From the IMG/VR virus record IMGVR_UViG_3300048611_000204, positions 1 to 57,398 of that record: 57,398 nucleotides of DNA; one strand, given 5' to 3'. The position numbers and the translations under genes are program-made. Of the stretch, positions 25,513 to 37,700 are shown in pieces (the stretch's first letter is position 1; each line of letters begins with the position of its first letter). The notes under the pieces were generated by a model, which had not been told where the DNA came from, searched no databases, and saw only the letters and a list, made by a program, of their open reading frames with translations. This DNA comes from a virus. Its lineage: Duplodnaviria > Caudoviricetes.

Positions 25513-26583
25513 TTAAACTACCGAAACAAATGAAGGGCGAAAGCCGATGGTCGCGCCCGCGACCGACCGCGGGTTGCTCAGGTGGCAGGCGAAAACCCCG
25601 GCATTGCTCGCGCTGTCCCAGCGGCCGCCACGAAACGGCAGACGCTCAGTGGTATTGTTGTAATAAAAACGGTCCCCCATCAGGCCTGTTGTGCCGGGAG
25701 CCAGCGCCAGCTGGGCCAACAGGGGCGGGACAGTCACCCCGGCGGCCGGGGCAATTGATTCCAGCAACTGGCTATACGAGCCACCCGCACCAACAACCGT
25801 GTTGATTTTAAGGGCATCGTCATATTTGAGCGTGTCGGCAGTTCCCGGAGCTACCAGGCTGCCATCCTGCAAAATCGCTTTCCAGTCGCTCGATGATGCC
25901 CCGTGATCAGCGGCGACCGGATCGAGGATCACCTGGATCTCGCCATCGTTGAGCCGCATACCCGACACCCACTCCCAGACGTTGCCGTTGAGGTCACGGA
26001 TGCCCCAGGGCGTGCCATCGTGGCTCCAGGCGAGCGGGCCGCTGCCGGTCAGTGTCCGGTCGGCCCCATTGTCGCTACCCGGAGCGGTCCAATCCTGCTG
26101 GATACCCTGCTGCGTCAAATCCGAATACTCACGGCCGTAGCTGTTGTTGCCGGTGGGCATGGTGTTGTTGTCGCGCGCCGTGATCGCCAGCGCTGCCCAC
26201 AATCCGTTGGACATCAGGTCCCAGCCGTCCCCCTTGGCACGGCAGGCGGTCATGGCGGCGTCGAAATTGATAGACGTTGCGGGGTCGCGGCTGGGCAGCG
26301 ACACGGCGCGGCTGTTGAGCAGGGAGGCTTGATACTTGCCGACCCAGTATTCCTTCCCCGCTTCAAACGCCGGGTGCAGTCCGCTGCCGTAATCGCCTGC
26401 GATGTCCTCGCAGTTAAAGGGGTCGACGCGCACCATGATGCTTGGCTGGTCGAGGTCGTCAAAGAGGACGGTGTTTTTACCTCCCGACGCCGCCTCGACC
26501 TTGGCGCGGTCGGGGTTGGGGACAAAAATCGTGTAGTTCGGCTTGCCGCATTTTCCGGCCAGATATTGTCGTAGTGTGCTCAT
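25513..26583 (-). CDS. Mtd-like / FGE-type C-type lectin receptor-binding protein (DGR target-like)
   Basis: VGKYQAS, DLNGNVWEW, RGGRW....AGVF.....R.....IGFRP. Confidence 0.85.
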   Translation of the reverse strand: MSTLRQYLAGKCGKPNYTIFVPNPDRAKVEAASGGKNTVLFDDLDQPSIMVRVDPFNCEDIAGDYGSGLHPAFEAGKEYWVGKYQASLLNSRAVSLPSRDPATSINFDAAMTACRAKGDGWDLMSNGLWAALAITARDNNTMPTGNNSYGREYSDLTQQGIQQDWTAPGSDNGADRTLTGSGPLAWSHDGTPWGIRDLNGNVWEWVSGMRLNDGEIQVILDPVAADHGASSSDWKAILQDGSLVAPGTADTLKYDDALKINTVVGAGGSYSQLLESIAPAAGVTVPPLLAQLALAPGTTGLMGDRFYYNNTTERLPFRGGRWDSASNAGVFACHLSNPRSVAGATIGFRPSFVSVV

Positions 26584-27077
26584 AGTGTGCTCCCCAGTTC
26601 GGCGGCGGTCAGCTCGCGGTCGATCAACAACAGGCCGTAGCAGTGTCCGGTGTGCAGCTGGAACTCGGTGCCGACGTTGAGCGCGAGGGTCGTGAGCTCG
26701 TCGGGTCCGGCGTAAACCACAGTACAATCGCCAAGCGCCGCGGCAAGAGTGACGCTGAGTAGATCATCTACCCCGTCCATTTCCAGATAGTAGTTACCCC
26801 CCGCATCCTGCCGCAGGATCGGTTTCTGTGAGCTGGTCGCTTGCGAGAGATGGTTATCGTTGCCGCTCTTGTCGATGATCAGCCCCACCGGCGAGCCCAC
26901 CGCCGCCGGAGTCGTACCGGCGGCATCCTGGTAGAGGTTGGCGAGGTTCTGGATGTCGAGCCAGAGGCCCTGTTCGCCGGCGGTGTATATGTCCGTAATT
27001 CTCAAAAGCTTTTTCCCGAGGCTCGCAAACATCCCGGGGAAAAGAACGGGAGAACCAAATGTTTTTTGTACCGGCAT
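26580..27077 (-). CDS. tail-associated protein
   Basis: GLWLD.....LYQDAAGT.P....PVG.I.DKSGN.NH..Q. Confidence 0.65.
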   Translation of the reverse strand: MPVQKTFGSPVLFPGMFASLGKKLLRITDIYTAGEQGLWLDIQNLANLYQDAAGTTPAAVGSPVGLIIDKSGNDNHLSQATSSQKPILRQDAGGNYYLEMDGVDDLLSVTLAAALGDCTVVYAGPDELTTLALNVGTEFQLHTGHCYGLLLIDRELTAAELGSTL

Positions 27078-27090
27078 AATAACTCCCTTC

Positions 27091-27402
27091 TTATGGCTTT
27101 TCCCACTTGGCTACGCCAGCGGCTCCTGCCGTTACGTTCTTGACGACGCGGAACATGCCTGGGCCGTAGACGGTGACCGGGTTGTTGGTCGTGGACAATT
27201 GAAGCTGCGTGTTTTCGGCCCAGCAATCCTCGTAGTCGACCCCGTCGTAACTGATCTGCAGATCGACGGTCTCGCCGGCCGCCAGCCCCTTGGCCACCAG
27301 CGTCACCGGGTGGTTCTCGCCGACGACAAACGGATCGCTTGTCACCAGAACAGTATCCTCGTCAACGATTTTGCTGAATCCCTGAATTCTGATGTTGCCC
27401 AT
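27091..27402 (-). CDS. hypothetical protein
   Basis: AAGGAG RBS. Confidence 0.75.
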   Translation of the reverse strand: MGNIRIQGFSKIVDEDTVLVTSDPFVVGENHPVTLVAKGLAAGETVDLQISYDGVDYEDCWAENTQLQLSTTNNPVTVYGPGMFRVVKNVTAGAAGVAKWEKP

Positions 27403-27414
27403 GATGAATCTCCT

Positions 27415-27756
27415 TTAGTTGAATTTGAACCCGAGTTGTTTCATGACCCAGGCCAATGTGATTGAACCGGTAATGAACAGCGTCAGCCAGGTAACGATGC
27501 GGGAGATGATTGTGCGCCGGACCAGTCTGATATCCTTGCGCATCTCCGAGACAAAATTATGGTTGGACATCCACTCTTCTCTATTGATCGCGCACTCCTT
27601 CATCTGCTGATGATGCAGAAAATGTTCTTCCATGGCCACAACAAACGGAGCGTCCTTGAAATACTCGTGAATCTCGTCGCGGATCGCCCGGCGGATTTTG
27701 TCTTCGTCCTCCTGGCGGCGCATGGCGGACCGCTCGGTTCTGATTCCTCCACTCAT
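27415..27756 (-). CDS. membrane protein (holin or anti-holin-like)
   Basis: One C-terminal hydrophobic helix; in lysis cluster. Confidence 0.55.
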   Translation of the reverse strand: MSGGIRTERSAMRRQEDEDKIRRAIRDEIHEYFKDAPFVVAMEEHFLHHQQMKECAINREEWMSNHNFVSEMRKDIRLVRRTIISRIVTWLTLFITGSITLAWVMKQLGFKFN

Positions 27757-28271
27757 TTGGCAGCCACCCCCCATCTCTTTTCCAGCGAGCGCATTCCGCC
27801 GACGCCAAGCAGCGTACCGACCAGGGCGAGCAGGGTCGGCATGTCAAGGGAAGGCATGTTGACCGCCTCCTTCATGATCTCCAGCAGCTCTGTCGTCAGG
27901 CCCGCTTCCCGGTAGGCTCCGTAAAGCAGAAAACCGAGTTTGGTGACCCAGATGGCCAGCGGTCGAAGCACGAACTGATAGCTGATGCCGAAGACGCAGG
28001 CCCAGCCAAGCGCCGGCCGCCAACCCGACTTGAACAGCGAGGCACTCTGCGCGTCGATCTTGGTCAGCTCCTGCTGGCCCATGATGATTTCCTGTTCGCG
28101 GTTCGCTCTCGCCTCTTCGAGCGCGTCAAGCCGCCGGAGAAGTTCATACTGCTGCTCGGCGGTCATTGGCTCCTTGCCGGTGATCGCCGTCCGGATGTCC
28201 TTGAACAGCTCCCCGGCGCTGGACATGAAGCCGGAAATGGTTCCGGATGCAACTGATTCCCAAAAAGCCAT
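27753..28271 (-). CDS. holin (3TM/GTA-holin-like)
   Basis: SGWRPALGW...LLG.GG.RS.EK; next to endolysin. Confidence 0.8.
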   Translation of the reverse strand: MAFWESVASGTISGFMSSAGELFKDIRTAITGKEPMTAEQQYELLRRLDALEEARANREQEIIMGQQELTKIDAQSASLFKSGWRPALGWACVFGISYQFVLRPLAIWVTKLGFLLYGAYREAGLTTELLEIMKEAVNMPSLDMPTLLALVGTLLGVGGMRSLEKRWGVAAK

Positions 28272-28280
28272 GGAGTCCTC

Positions 28281-28739
28281 CTAAAGTTCGTGGTGTGGGT
28301 AGTCGTTGAATTTGTTGTCAAGCAATGACCAGTCTTTGTCCCAGTCCCCGCCCCAACGGGTTTCAAGATCAAATACAAGAAGAGCGACCATCTGCACGAT
28401 CGCCGCGAAGCGGACCATTTCCCGGTAATAAAGTTCTCTGATCTGCGGATCGGAGTCGTGCCAGTGAATACCCCCTCTACGCCCGGGAATCAGCACATAG
28501 GGGACAGCGTCCACCCCGCGCGACGGCATACTGTTGTGGGTGCTGTCGGGCCACCTGACGTGCGTCGCCGGAGGATCGGCGAAGAACAGTTCATCCTGGC
28601 GCTCCTGCCCACGATGCCCTTCAAGCAGAGAATGGTCAATGCCGAGCACGTCCTTGATGTAGGTGAAGACTTTTTGCCAGCGCGGATCGAGTGTGTCGAA
28701 AGCCGCCTGCGACCGCTTTCCGTAAACAACCTTGTTCAT
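28281..28739 (-). CDS. endolysin, M15-type peptidase
   Basis: EGHR..ERQ, STH...SRGVD, RWGGDW, D.PH.EL. Confidence 0.85.
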   Translation of the reverse strand: MNKVVYGKRSQAAFDTLDPRWQKVFTYIKDVLGIDHSLLEGHRGQERQDELFFADPPATHVRWPDSTHNSMPSRGVDAVPYVLIPGRRGGIHWHDSDPQIRELYYREMVRFAAIVQMVALLVFDLETRWGGDWDKDWSLLDNKFNDYPHHEL

Positions 28740-28770
28740 GATGCCTCCTGATAATTTAATCCCAAGCTGC

Positions 28771-31700
28771 TTATCTGAGGATGCCGAGTTCCTTCATCTT
28801 TATCCTGAAAGCCTGCTTCTCGTCGCTCGACTTGTCCCGCCGCGACATCATGTTGCTGTACTTCTTGAACATCAGCGGCCGCAGGACTTTCTTTTCGGAG
28901 TCGGTCGCGTATTGCCATGTGTCGATCGCGCCCTGCAGGGTCAGGCCAGTCATGGCCGAGACAAGGGGGGATTTGTAGCGCGGGTTCTTTTTGTCGCCGA
29001 TGCGCGGCAGCCTGGCGATCGCGTTGTCGTATTTACGTTTCGACAGTTCCCCGTCCCGAAGCATCCGGTTCAGCTCGGCCTTATCCCCCTGCCCGTAGGC
29101 GTAGGCGGCCCGCTTGACCTTGTCCCTGACGGTCATCTCGTCTTCGCTGGTCGCCCGCCCCTTGAACTCCTTCCGTCTGGTTTCGAACGCCTTGTTGGCG
29201 GCCGCCGAGCGCTTGGCCACCGCCGGCGCCGAGGTCAGGCCGAGCAGCGAGTAGGTGGTCAGCTTCGGGTTAAAGCCCTTGCTGCGCCAATCGCCGTAGG
29301 CGGAAGACATGGAGATCGGCGCGATCGAAAAGATGTGGGTCAGGGAGTCGAACGCCTGCTTGCCGACGTTGTCGTTGCTGTCCCGGATCGTCACCCCCCG
29401 AAAATTCTCCCCGCTGAACGCTTCGAAGGCGTTGCCGACGATGCTGTTGACCCGGCCGGAGACCATCTTGGTCGGCTCCATGTGCGTGCCGAGGATGCCG
29501 AGGTGGTGGAAGATCTTGTAGGCTTCGGTCACGTAGGACGGAATTGAGATGCGCGCCTGCGGATCGTTGGCGTCGACCCGCGGGAACAGCATTTTGGTCA
29601 GCAACGGAACGTCTTCATCGTCCGGGACTTCCCCGCCGCCGCCGAGCCCGACCCCGATGTTGTAGGCGAGTGAGATCATGCCGGCCGCCATGAAGTGCGC
29701 GATAACGGCGTTGACCCCCCACCAGCCTTTTTCGGTCAGCTGGTAGTTGACCTTCTCGCTGTCCTTGGCGCCGAGGTCCTTGACCGCGAACCAGCCGAGT
29801 TTGCCGACGTCGACGCCCGCCTTGGCCAGCGATTTCCACGAACCGGTGAACCAGGTGAAGGATCTGAACAGAAATTGCAGGGCCGACTTATAGGACGGTA
29901 ACATCCACTGGTTCGTCCAGTTGACTTCCCCGAAGCGGTCCTCGACAAACTTCATGGTGTTGTGGGCGATTTCTTCCTTGCTGACTTGCCCGGCGGCGAT
30001 CTGGTCCTTCTGCCGTTCCAGCCGCTGAGTATACTCCCTGATCCAGACGCCCAGCTTGACCTTCGGGATGGTTTCTTCCATCAGCCAGGCGGTCGTCCCC
30101 TGCAGCGAGGCGAAGGCCATCGTCTTGAACATGGCGGCCACCGGCTGGTCCGGGTTGTTGTTGATAAGGGTCCGGTGGACGTCCTTGACCGAGCCCACCA
30201 TGGCGGACAGGTTGGCCTTCGGCTGGCTGATGTTCAGCTCGCCGTCTTTCATCTCGAATTGGGCTTCGCCTTTGGAGTATTTCATCTTGCCCAGGGCGTG
30301 GGTGCTTGAGCGCAGACTGATGTCCTGATGCAGATCCCCGCCGACCAGATAGAATTGCCGAATAATGTCGAGCACGTCCGCGTTGCTGGTCCCGAACAGT
30401 TTGTCGGCCTTGGCGGCGAAGGCTTCGTCCCCGGCTAATTCCGGATTCTCCATCAATTTTTTGACCAGGGCGGCGATGTCCCGGGAGTCGTTGAGCGCAG
30501 TGACCGGGTTGTAGCCGCTGAGTTTGGCCAACCCCTTCTTCTTCTGCATGGTCCACGAAGAGGTCGAGGCCGTCAGCTCCTGGCCGATGGTAAAGGCGTG
30601 GAAGAGAGACATGGCGAATTCGATGGCGGTCGAGTGGTTCTTTATCTTGAGCGCCTGGGCGCCGGACACCCCGAGCAACTTGCCGTTGCGGAAACCGTCC
30701 TTGGCGATTACAACCCGAGTCATGCGGGCGAGGTCTTTTTTGAAATAAACCCGGGCAATCGTCTCCTGCTTTTCACTGGCGGCGGTCGCGGGGTTGACCA
30801 GGTACTGCGCCTCGGGGTTTTGCTGCTCCAGCCGGCGCATGTGCTCTTCGGCCTTTTCCCGGGTGATGTAGACTTCGATCTCACTGAACTCTCCGTCTTC
30901 TGTCACTTCATTTACCGCGTAACCGGTCTTGTCTTGCGATTTTTCCTTTATCCCTTCCTTGATCTCGAAAGCGGCGTCGTCGACCCATTCATACCCGGCC
31001 TTGGTCGCCTCGAAGTGGTCGGTGAAGATCTTGGCCTGGCCCGCTTCGATCGCCTCGTCCTTCATCTGTGTCAGGGCGATCAGCTTGTAGGCGTCCTTGA
31101 TATACTGCTCGATGACCTTGTTCGGGTTGATGTGGTCGTAAGCGAGCCCTTCCTGTTCGCGGATTTCGGCCGTGGTTCGGTCCATGGCCTTTTCTTTGGT
31201 GAAGTGCTTCGACCCCTGCAGTCGAGAGGTCTCGGAGAGCAGTACATCGGAGATGTCTTCGTCAAGCGCGATCCCGCTCTTGCGCCAGCGCAGCGATTGT
31301 CCGTAGTGCGTGGCGAGCTGTGGCAGCTCAGGATCGATTTTCTTGAGCTCGGCATAGATAGAGGCGGCGAGCTTCTGATAGTCGGCGTAGGCGGAGATTA
31401 CGGCGTCTGAGTAGCCATAGTCTTTGGCCCGCTGCCGGCCCGCTTCGCTCCGCACGTCGATTGGCTCGACCGGAGTCTTGACATACTGCTGCTCCGCCAG
31501 CTTGAGAATCGCTTCGGTGTAGGTCTTCTGATTGATTTTTCTGTTTTGAAGATCCTTCTGCGCCTGCTCCATCCTGGCGGTGACCGCCTTGTTCTCGGTC
31601 ATTTCAATACCGCGGACGAACAGATCGTGCATCTCTTCGAGGCGGGTGTTGCTCATCTCCTCGAAGGCCGCTTCGTGCTTCTGCAACACGCGGTAGTAGG

Positions 31701-34700
31701 CCTGAGTCGCTTCGAGGTTGCCGAGGAAGACCGCCTTGTTGGAGATCTTGACGGCGACCGGGTCCCCGAGGAAGTCGGCGAAGATACCCTGCGGCATTTG
31801 ATGTTTGAGCCAGTCGAGAGTAGACAGCAGAATCCGCTCGATGCTGCTCATCACGTCGCGATGGTTGCTGGTCCCTTTGGGGAAGATCTTCTTCCAGATT
31901 CCCTGCAGCCATTTGCCGGGGGTGGCCAGGGTTTGTTTGACCTCGTTGTAGCTGCGCAGGCCGAGGCTGATCTGGTAGCGGACATCTTTATGCTGACGCT
32001 CCGTCGAGTTGAGAGCGCCGCCGACCCGCCCCTGGTTGACGAACTCGCGCCCGCCGATCATGTCGCTCACCAGTTCATAGGCCGCTAGCATGTCGGTAGA
32101 CCCGATCAGACTCTTGTTCTCGTAATTGGTGAAGGCCATGGGCATCTTGCTGATTCCGTCGAGCTTGACGATGTTCTCCAGCAGGCGGGTGGCCAGATCC
32201 CCGGCGATTTTGGTGCCGGCGAAGTCCTTGGCCAGATGCTCGTAGAAGGGGACCTGCCCCATGACCTTGGCGAATAGTTCGGCCTGCAGCTCCTCTTCGG
32301 CCCGCTCGTAGGACAGCCCCTCTTCCGTGGCGATCCGCTCTATGTGGTCTTCCCACCTGCTCCCGGACACCAGTTCTTTGATCCCGGCCGTGAACGCCTT
32401 ATGCTCGGCGGGCTTGGCCTTGTTGACCACGTGATGAAAGAGTTCGTGGCTGAAAACCCGATGGACCGATAATTCCTTGTTGGTGTTGATGACAATCTTG
32501 GCCCGGCCGTCGGACGCTTCGCCGATGTAGCGGGTCCGGTAGTAGGGGTCGCTGACGATGACCAGGTCGGCGTCGAAGGCCTTACTGACCAGCTCGTAAA
32601 AGCCGCGGGCGACCTTGTTGCGGATGCGACCGACCGCCTCAACCTCCAGTTCAGCCTCGAAGCCCTGCGGGTTGTCGTTGCGCTCGAACAGATCGGCGGA
32701 CGCCGGCTTGAGCCCGGCTTCATCCTTGACCGTGGCGAAGCTGCGCTCCTCGTCGATGGCAGCCTGGGTCCCCCTGCCGCTCATCAGCATCTCCAACTCG
32801 CGCAAAGCCCGGAAGCGAATTTTCTGCATCCCGTCGAGACGGGCGTAGTTCTCGCCAGCCTGCCGCCGGTCCGCCGCTTTCGGGTTGGTGGGGTATATTT
32901 TTTGGTACAGCCCCTTCTCGTGGTCGGACAGTTCGTGGACGACCAGCCCCCGAACGTCGCCGTCGAGAGCCTTGCGGTATTTCTCCTGATGCGCGGCGCG
33001 CTCGACCGCTTCGATCCGCCTGGCGATGGTGCTGACCAATCTGCCGAGGTCCGATCCGTTCTGCACGTAAGCGACGTACATGTCGGCGGACGTCCAGCCG
33101 CTGCCCTGGTATTTCTCGGCCAGGTCCTCGAAGGTCTTGGCCGAGACCGCATTCTTCTGCCGGTAGTGGGCCAGGGAAAGGGCGGTCGAGATTTTCAGCA
33201 GCTCGGAGTTCAGTTCGTCCTTGATGAATTTGCGATCCTTCGCGGGAATCCGCTTGTCGAAGGCGTTGGTGTGCAGCTTCCACAGACGCCTGCGGTATTG
33301 CTTGAAGTCCTCACCTCGCTGGTTGGCAACCTGTTCTATGGCCCCGGCGCGTCCGGCCGCCTGCAGCATCTCAAGGCTGTTCTCCTGACGGTCGAAACCT
33401 TCGATCATGTCCAGCTTGCCGACGTCCAGCACCTGCAGAGCGGGTCCATGTTTCTTGCGCAGCCCGGCCACCTCGCCGTTTTCCATCTCGGCCAGCCGCG
33501 GGCTGGTGTAGAAGCTTTCGTATTCCTTCTTCATCGTCGGATGATTCTGTTTGGTGTTGATCACGAACGGATCAGCTTTCAGTTGGGCCAGACGCTCAGC
33601 CGCCTTGTCCACCGCAACCAGCTCGGAACGCAGCAGCTGCTTTTTGGTCACCGGGTCGGTCGTCGAGTAGAGGATCTTCTGTTTGCCCCTGTCCTGCCAG
33701 AGTCTGCCGGTGGGATAGGTCACCCTGACCAGCGCCGCGTAGTTGCGCCGGGTGCCGGTCCGCGCGCTGACGTTGTCGACTTCCGTGACGCCCGGCTCCT
33801 CGCTGCGGATGTCGATGTTGTCGATGTCGTAGGGGCGGATGTCTTCCGTAAGATAGTGGGTGTTGACCGGGTAAAGGGCGATCAAAGTCTCGCTGATGAG
33901 CGCCTTCTGTTTAGCTTGGGGCAGAGCCCTGAACTCGTCGGTGGCGCCGTTGCGGACGAAGGACATGCGGTGCGCTATCTCGTCGACGTCCAACACGCGG
34001 CTGCTCATGTTCTTCCCCAAAAAGGAAAGGTCATTGAGAACCCTGAGAATGGAAGGGATGTTTTCCATACCCAGACGAATGTCGTTGTCTTTCGCGCTTC
34101 GCTTCTCGACGAAGGCCCGGTAGCTGGCTTCGTTTTGCGCCTGTTGTCTGCGCTCGGCCTCGGCCCCTTCGGCCCTCTTCTGCGCGATGTCCCGCCCGCT
34201 TTTGGTCCGGTTGAGAATCTGTTCCTTGGTCCAACTTTCGGTCTTGTCTTTCCGGCCAGTACCGGCGACTTTCTTTACTTCCGGTGGGCGCAGGACCCGT
34301 TCTTCGTAATCCGGGTCGCTGACCGGGTCGTAGTCTTCGTCGACGGCGACGTTCTTGTTCTCCAGCGGGTAGAAAACTTCTTCGTCGATAATCGCATCGA
34401 GCAGCTTCGGCGTGATCTCCGCGTCGATCTCTTCCTTGATCTTCTGGCGAATGACCTCGTCGCTCGCGTTCCGGTTATTCTGAATGATGTCGGTAATCCG
34501 CTTGGGCCTGGTCAGCAGGATCGACAGCGCCTTCTTGTTGACTCGCGCTTGGCCAGGGTTATCTTTCTTAAATCGCGTCAGTAGCTTGACCACTTCTGGG
34601 GCATTGGCCGCAAGATCTTGTTCGGCGGGGGTTGAGGCTCCGCGCTGCAAAACCTTCGCCGCCTGCTCCGCGGAGCTTTCCTGACTGAAATCTTCGACCT

Positions 34701-37700
34701 CGGAGAGATACGCATTCTCGAAATGGCTGAACAGCGTCTCTAGGGCGTTCATCTTACTTTCGGTCATTTTGCTCAACGACTTGAAGGCCTCGTCGTCGCT
34801 CGGCATTTTTGACGTGACCAGTCGTTCTTCCCGGGCGATGAATCTGGCGACGTCCTTGAGGCTTGCGCCGTGCTGTTCGGCGAGGGCGTAGAGTTCAAAG
34901 ACCATCATCTCGGCCGGTGTCGCGTAGTTGCCCGCTTTAATATCCGCAATCCGCTTTCCCACCGGTCTGGCGTCCTTGTTCTTTCCTTCGAGACGAGACT
35001 TGAACAGGGCGGAAGCGATCTTTCTGAGCGATACTTCGTTGCTTTTCTGGACAGTATCGCGCACCTGCTGCTTCTCTTCCCTGGTCAGCGGGTCGAGATT
35101 CGCTTCATCCACTGGTGAGGTGTCGTTGGCGGCGAGCTTGCGGCTCAGTGTCTTCTTAAAAGCTTGGTCGTCAAAGGCACTTCTGATCGTCTTGATGGCG
35201 TTGACGCGGCCGCTGGTCTCGTCGATGAACATGCCGCTTTTTACGTCGTAGTCGGCGTCGACGGAGCGCATGCCGCTCGAATCCTTCCTGGCTCCATCGC
35301 CCGTCCGCTCGACGCCGTCCTCGGCATAAGTCTCGTCGTAATCAGTCTCGTCAAACATCTGATGATCGATGTCGGGATTGGCGAGTTTGTAGTTGCTGCC
35401 GGTCTCCTGGTTGAAACCTTCGATGAAGTTGTTCTGCAGAATCTTCTGCTGCTGGGCGTCGCTCATGGTGCCCGGCGCGACCGATTCGATCAGGTCGAAC
35501 TCGTCCTTACCGAGCTTCGGAGACGAGGACACGGTGTCGCCCTTGCCCATGATCGCGGTGTAGCCGTCTTCCAGAGCCTGGTCGAGGGTCGGAAGGTCTG
35601 TTGCTTCTTTTTTTGCTGCAAAGGTCTTCTGATAAACCTCGTCGATGGCTTTCTTTCCCTTAGCGGAAAGTTGTCTGGTCCCGATACCGGCAAAATTATT
35701 TGTCAATGTAGGTGTTCCGGTGGATTTGAAATGTTTTCCATCGTATTTAAACCAGCTGTCTCTCTGTTGGTCGAAAACATAGACAGGTCTCCCGGAATCG
35801 ATAGCCATCTGAACCGCCCATCCGGTTCCGCCTTTAACGGTTTTTGCTCCTTTTTCAATCTCACCGACAGCAAAGACGCCGTCAGAGTTATAGACCTGCC
35901 AGGCGTTTCTCCTCAGAAGATTATTGACGTAGTCATTCGAGGTCGGAAACCTTCTTTTCAGCGCCAGATTTGCTTTTTGAATAAGCACGTCAGCTTTCTT
36001 CAAAAGTTCTTTCTTTATCGGGGTATTCCCTTTCGGCGTCTTCTGGCCTTCCGCATGATAATGTTTGCTGTTGATGCCATACGCCACACCAGCATCACCC
36101 CAGTAGGAATCACTGCCCAAGGCACCACCGGAGTGATTTACCACCGGCTGTGTCCTGTCCAGGAGATTGTCTTCTTCGACCTGTTTGGAAGAAAATTGAT
36201 TAACAGGATCACCGGCGTTCTTCTGCGCTTCCTGCGCGATCGTCTGCTCCTCGATGGAAAGGACTTCGTTAGGGCTGACAGCGGTACTGCGGAAGGCGTC
36301 GAGATTCGGGTCGATATCCTGCGTCAAAGAGACGTACTGCTCCTGCAGGGAAAGCCTTTTCGCTTCATCGTCCTCGGTCCTGATCTGCTCAAGCAGAGAT
36401 TTCAACTGCTGCTGTGCGCCCTGCCCTTTGCGAATAATCGGCTGCGCTTCTCCGGCAGTTCCCTCCTGAATGGTGTCGAGCGCTTCGGCCAGCGCCGGGT
36501 CGTCGGCCGTCTCAAGATCCTGGACCTCGTTGTTGTTCTTTCTCAGTACCCATTCGCCGCGCTCGTTGAGCAGAATCCCCTTCATCTGGTTCCACATCTG
36601 CAGGGCGTATTTCTTGACGTTCTGACCGAACTGTTGGACCAAAGCGGAGGTGAATTGAGCGGCGGTCTTGACCTTGCCGTGGATGTCGTAAACCGCCTGC
36701 ATGAACACGCCGTGATCCTCGACGCCGAGTTCGGCAGCGGCCCTGGTCACGGACGAAGGGGCGGAAACCGCTTCCTGAATCTTGGCTGCGGCGATCTGCT
36801 CATCCATCGCTTCACCGGCTGCCTGGGCCTGTGCTTGCGTCTGCTGGGCGTTCTGCTGCTGTTCCATGGTAGGAGTCGCGCCAGCGTCCAGAGAGGCGGG
36901 AGCGAGCGTTTCTCCGACAGCGGCTTGCTGCCCGACTTCAGCCTGCCCGGTCAGCTCCTTGAGCCGTTGCTGCTTGGCGACTTGAAGATTATTGCTGAGG
37001 GTCTGTTTGAGGTTAACTCCGCCGCCCATTCCGGCGCCGACTATCAACCCCATCCCGGCCGCTTCTTTTACCCCTTCGTTCCATTCCTTCCCAAGGGCGA
37101 TGTTTTGCAGAATCGTCTCTTGAGCGGATTGCGGAAGCTCTTCCAGAAAGCCTTCAGTCACTATCCCGCCGAGCGCTTGTTTTAAGTAACTCTTGCGTGT
37201 TGCTTCCGAGGTTTTCCCGCTGCCCCAGACGTCAACGTCCGCAAACCCGAGCTTGTTGGCGATCTTGCCGCTCAGTGCGCTGGCACCCATGGTCAGCGCC
37301 CCGGTCGCTCCGGAAAGAAGAAGCTGCTTCCCGGTAATGGTCCCGTCTTCTGTTTCTCCCCTGATCCCCTCGGCGGCCGAACCCATTGCGAGAATCCCTT
37401 CCGAGATGGCGCTGGCGATGGGCCGAGAGAGTTTTGTTGCTCCGCTCAAGAGCTTGCCGCCTCCGCCCGTGGCAACGATCGAAGGAGCAGACTGGATAAA
37501 CGCGCCAACTGCGGTGGAAGGGTTTTCAACAACCGAACCGAGACCGCCGACAAAACTTTCATCGAAAGCCCTACTGACTTCCGCCTGCTCTTTTTGCCGC
37601 TCCGGAGAATAGCCCCTGGCCAGAATATCAGAGCTTTTTTCCTGCATGAATTCGGCTTTTGATTCAGGGGTAAGCGGACCCCAGATCTGTTCACCAAGGG

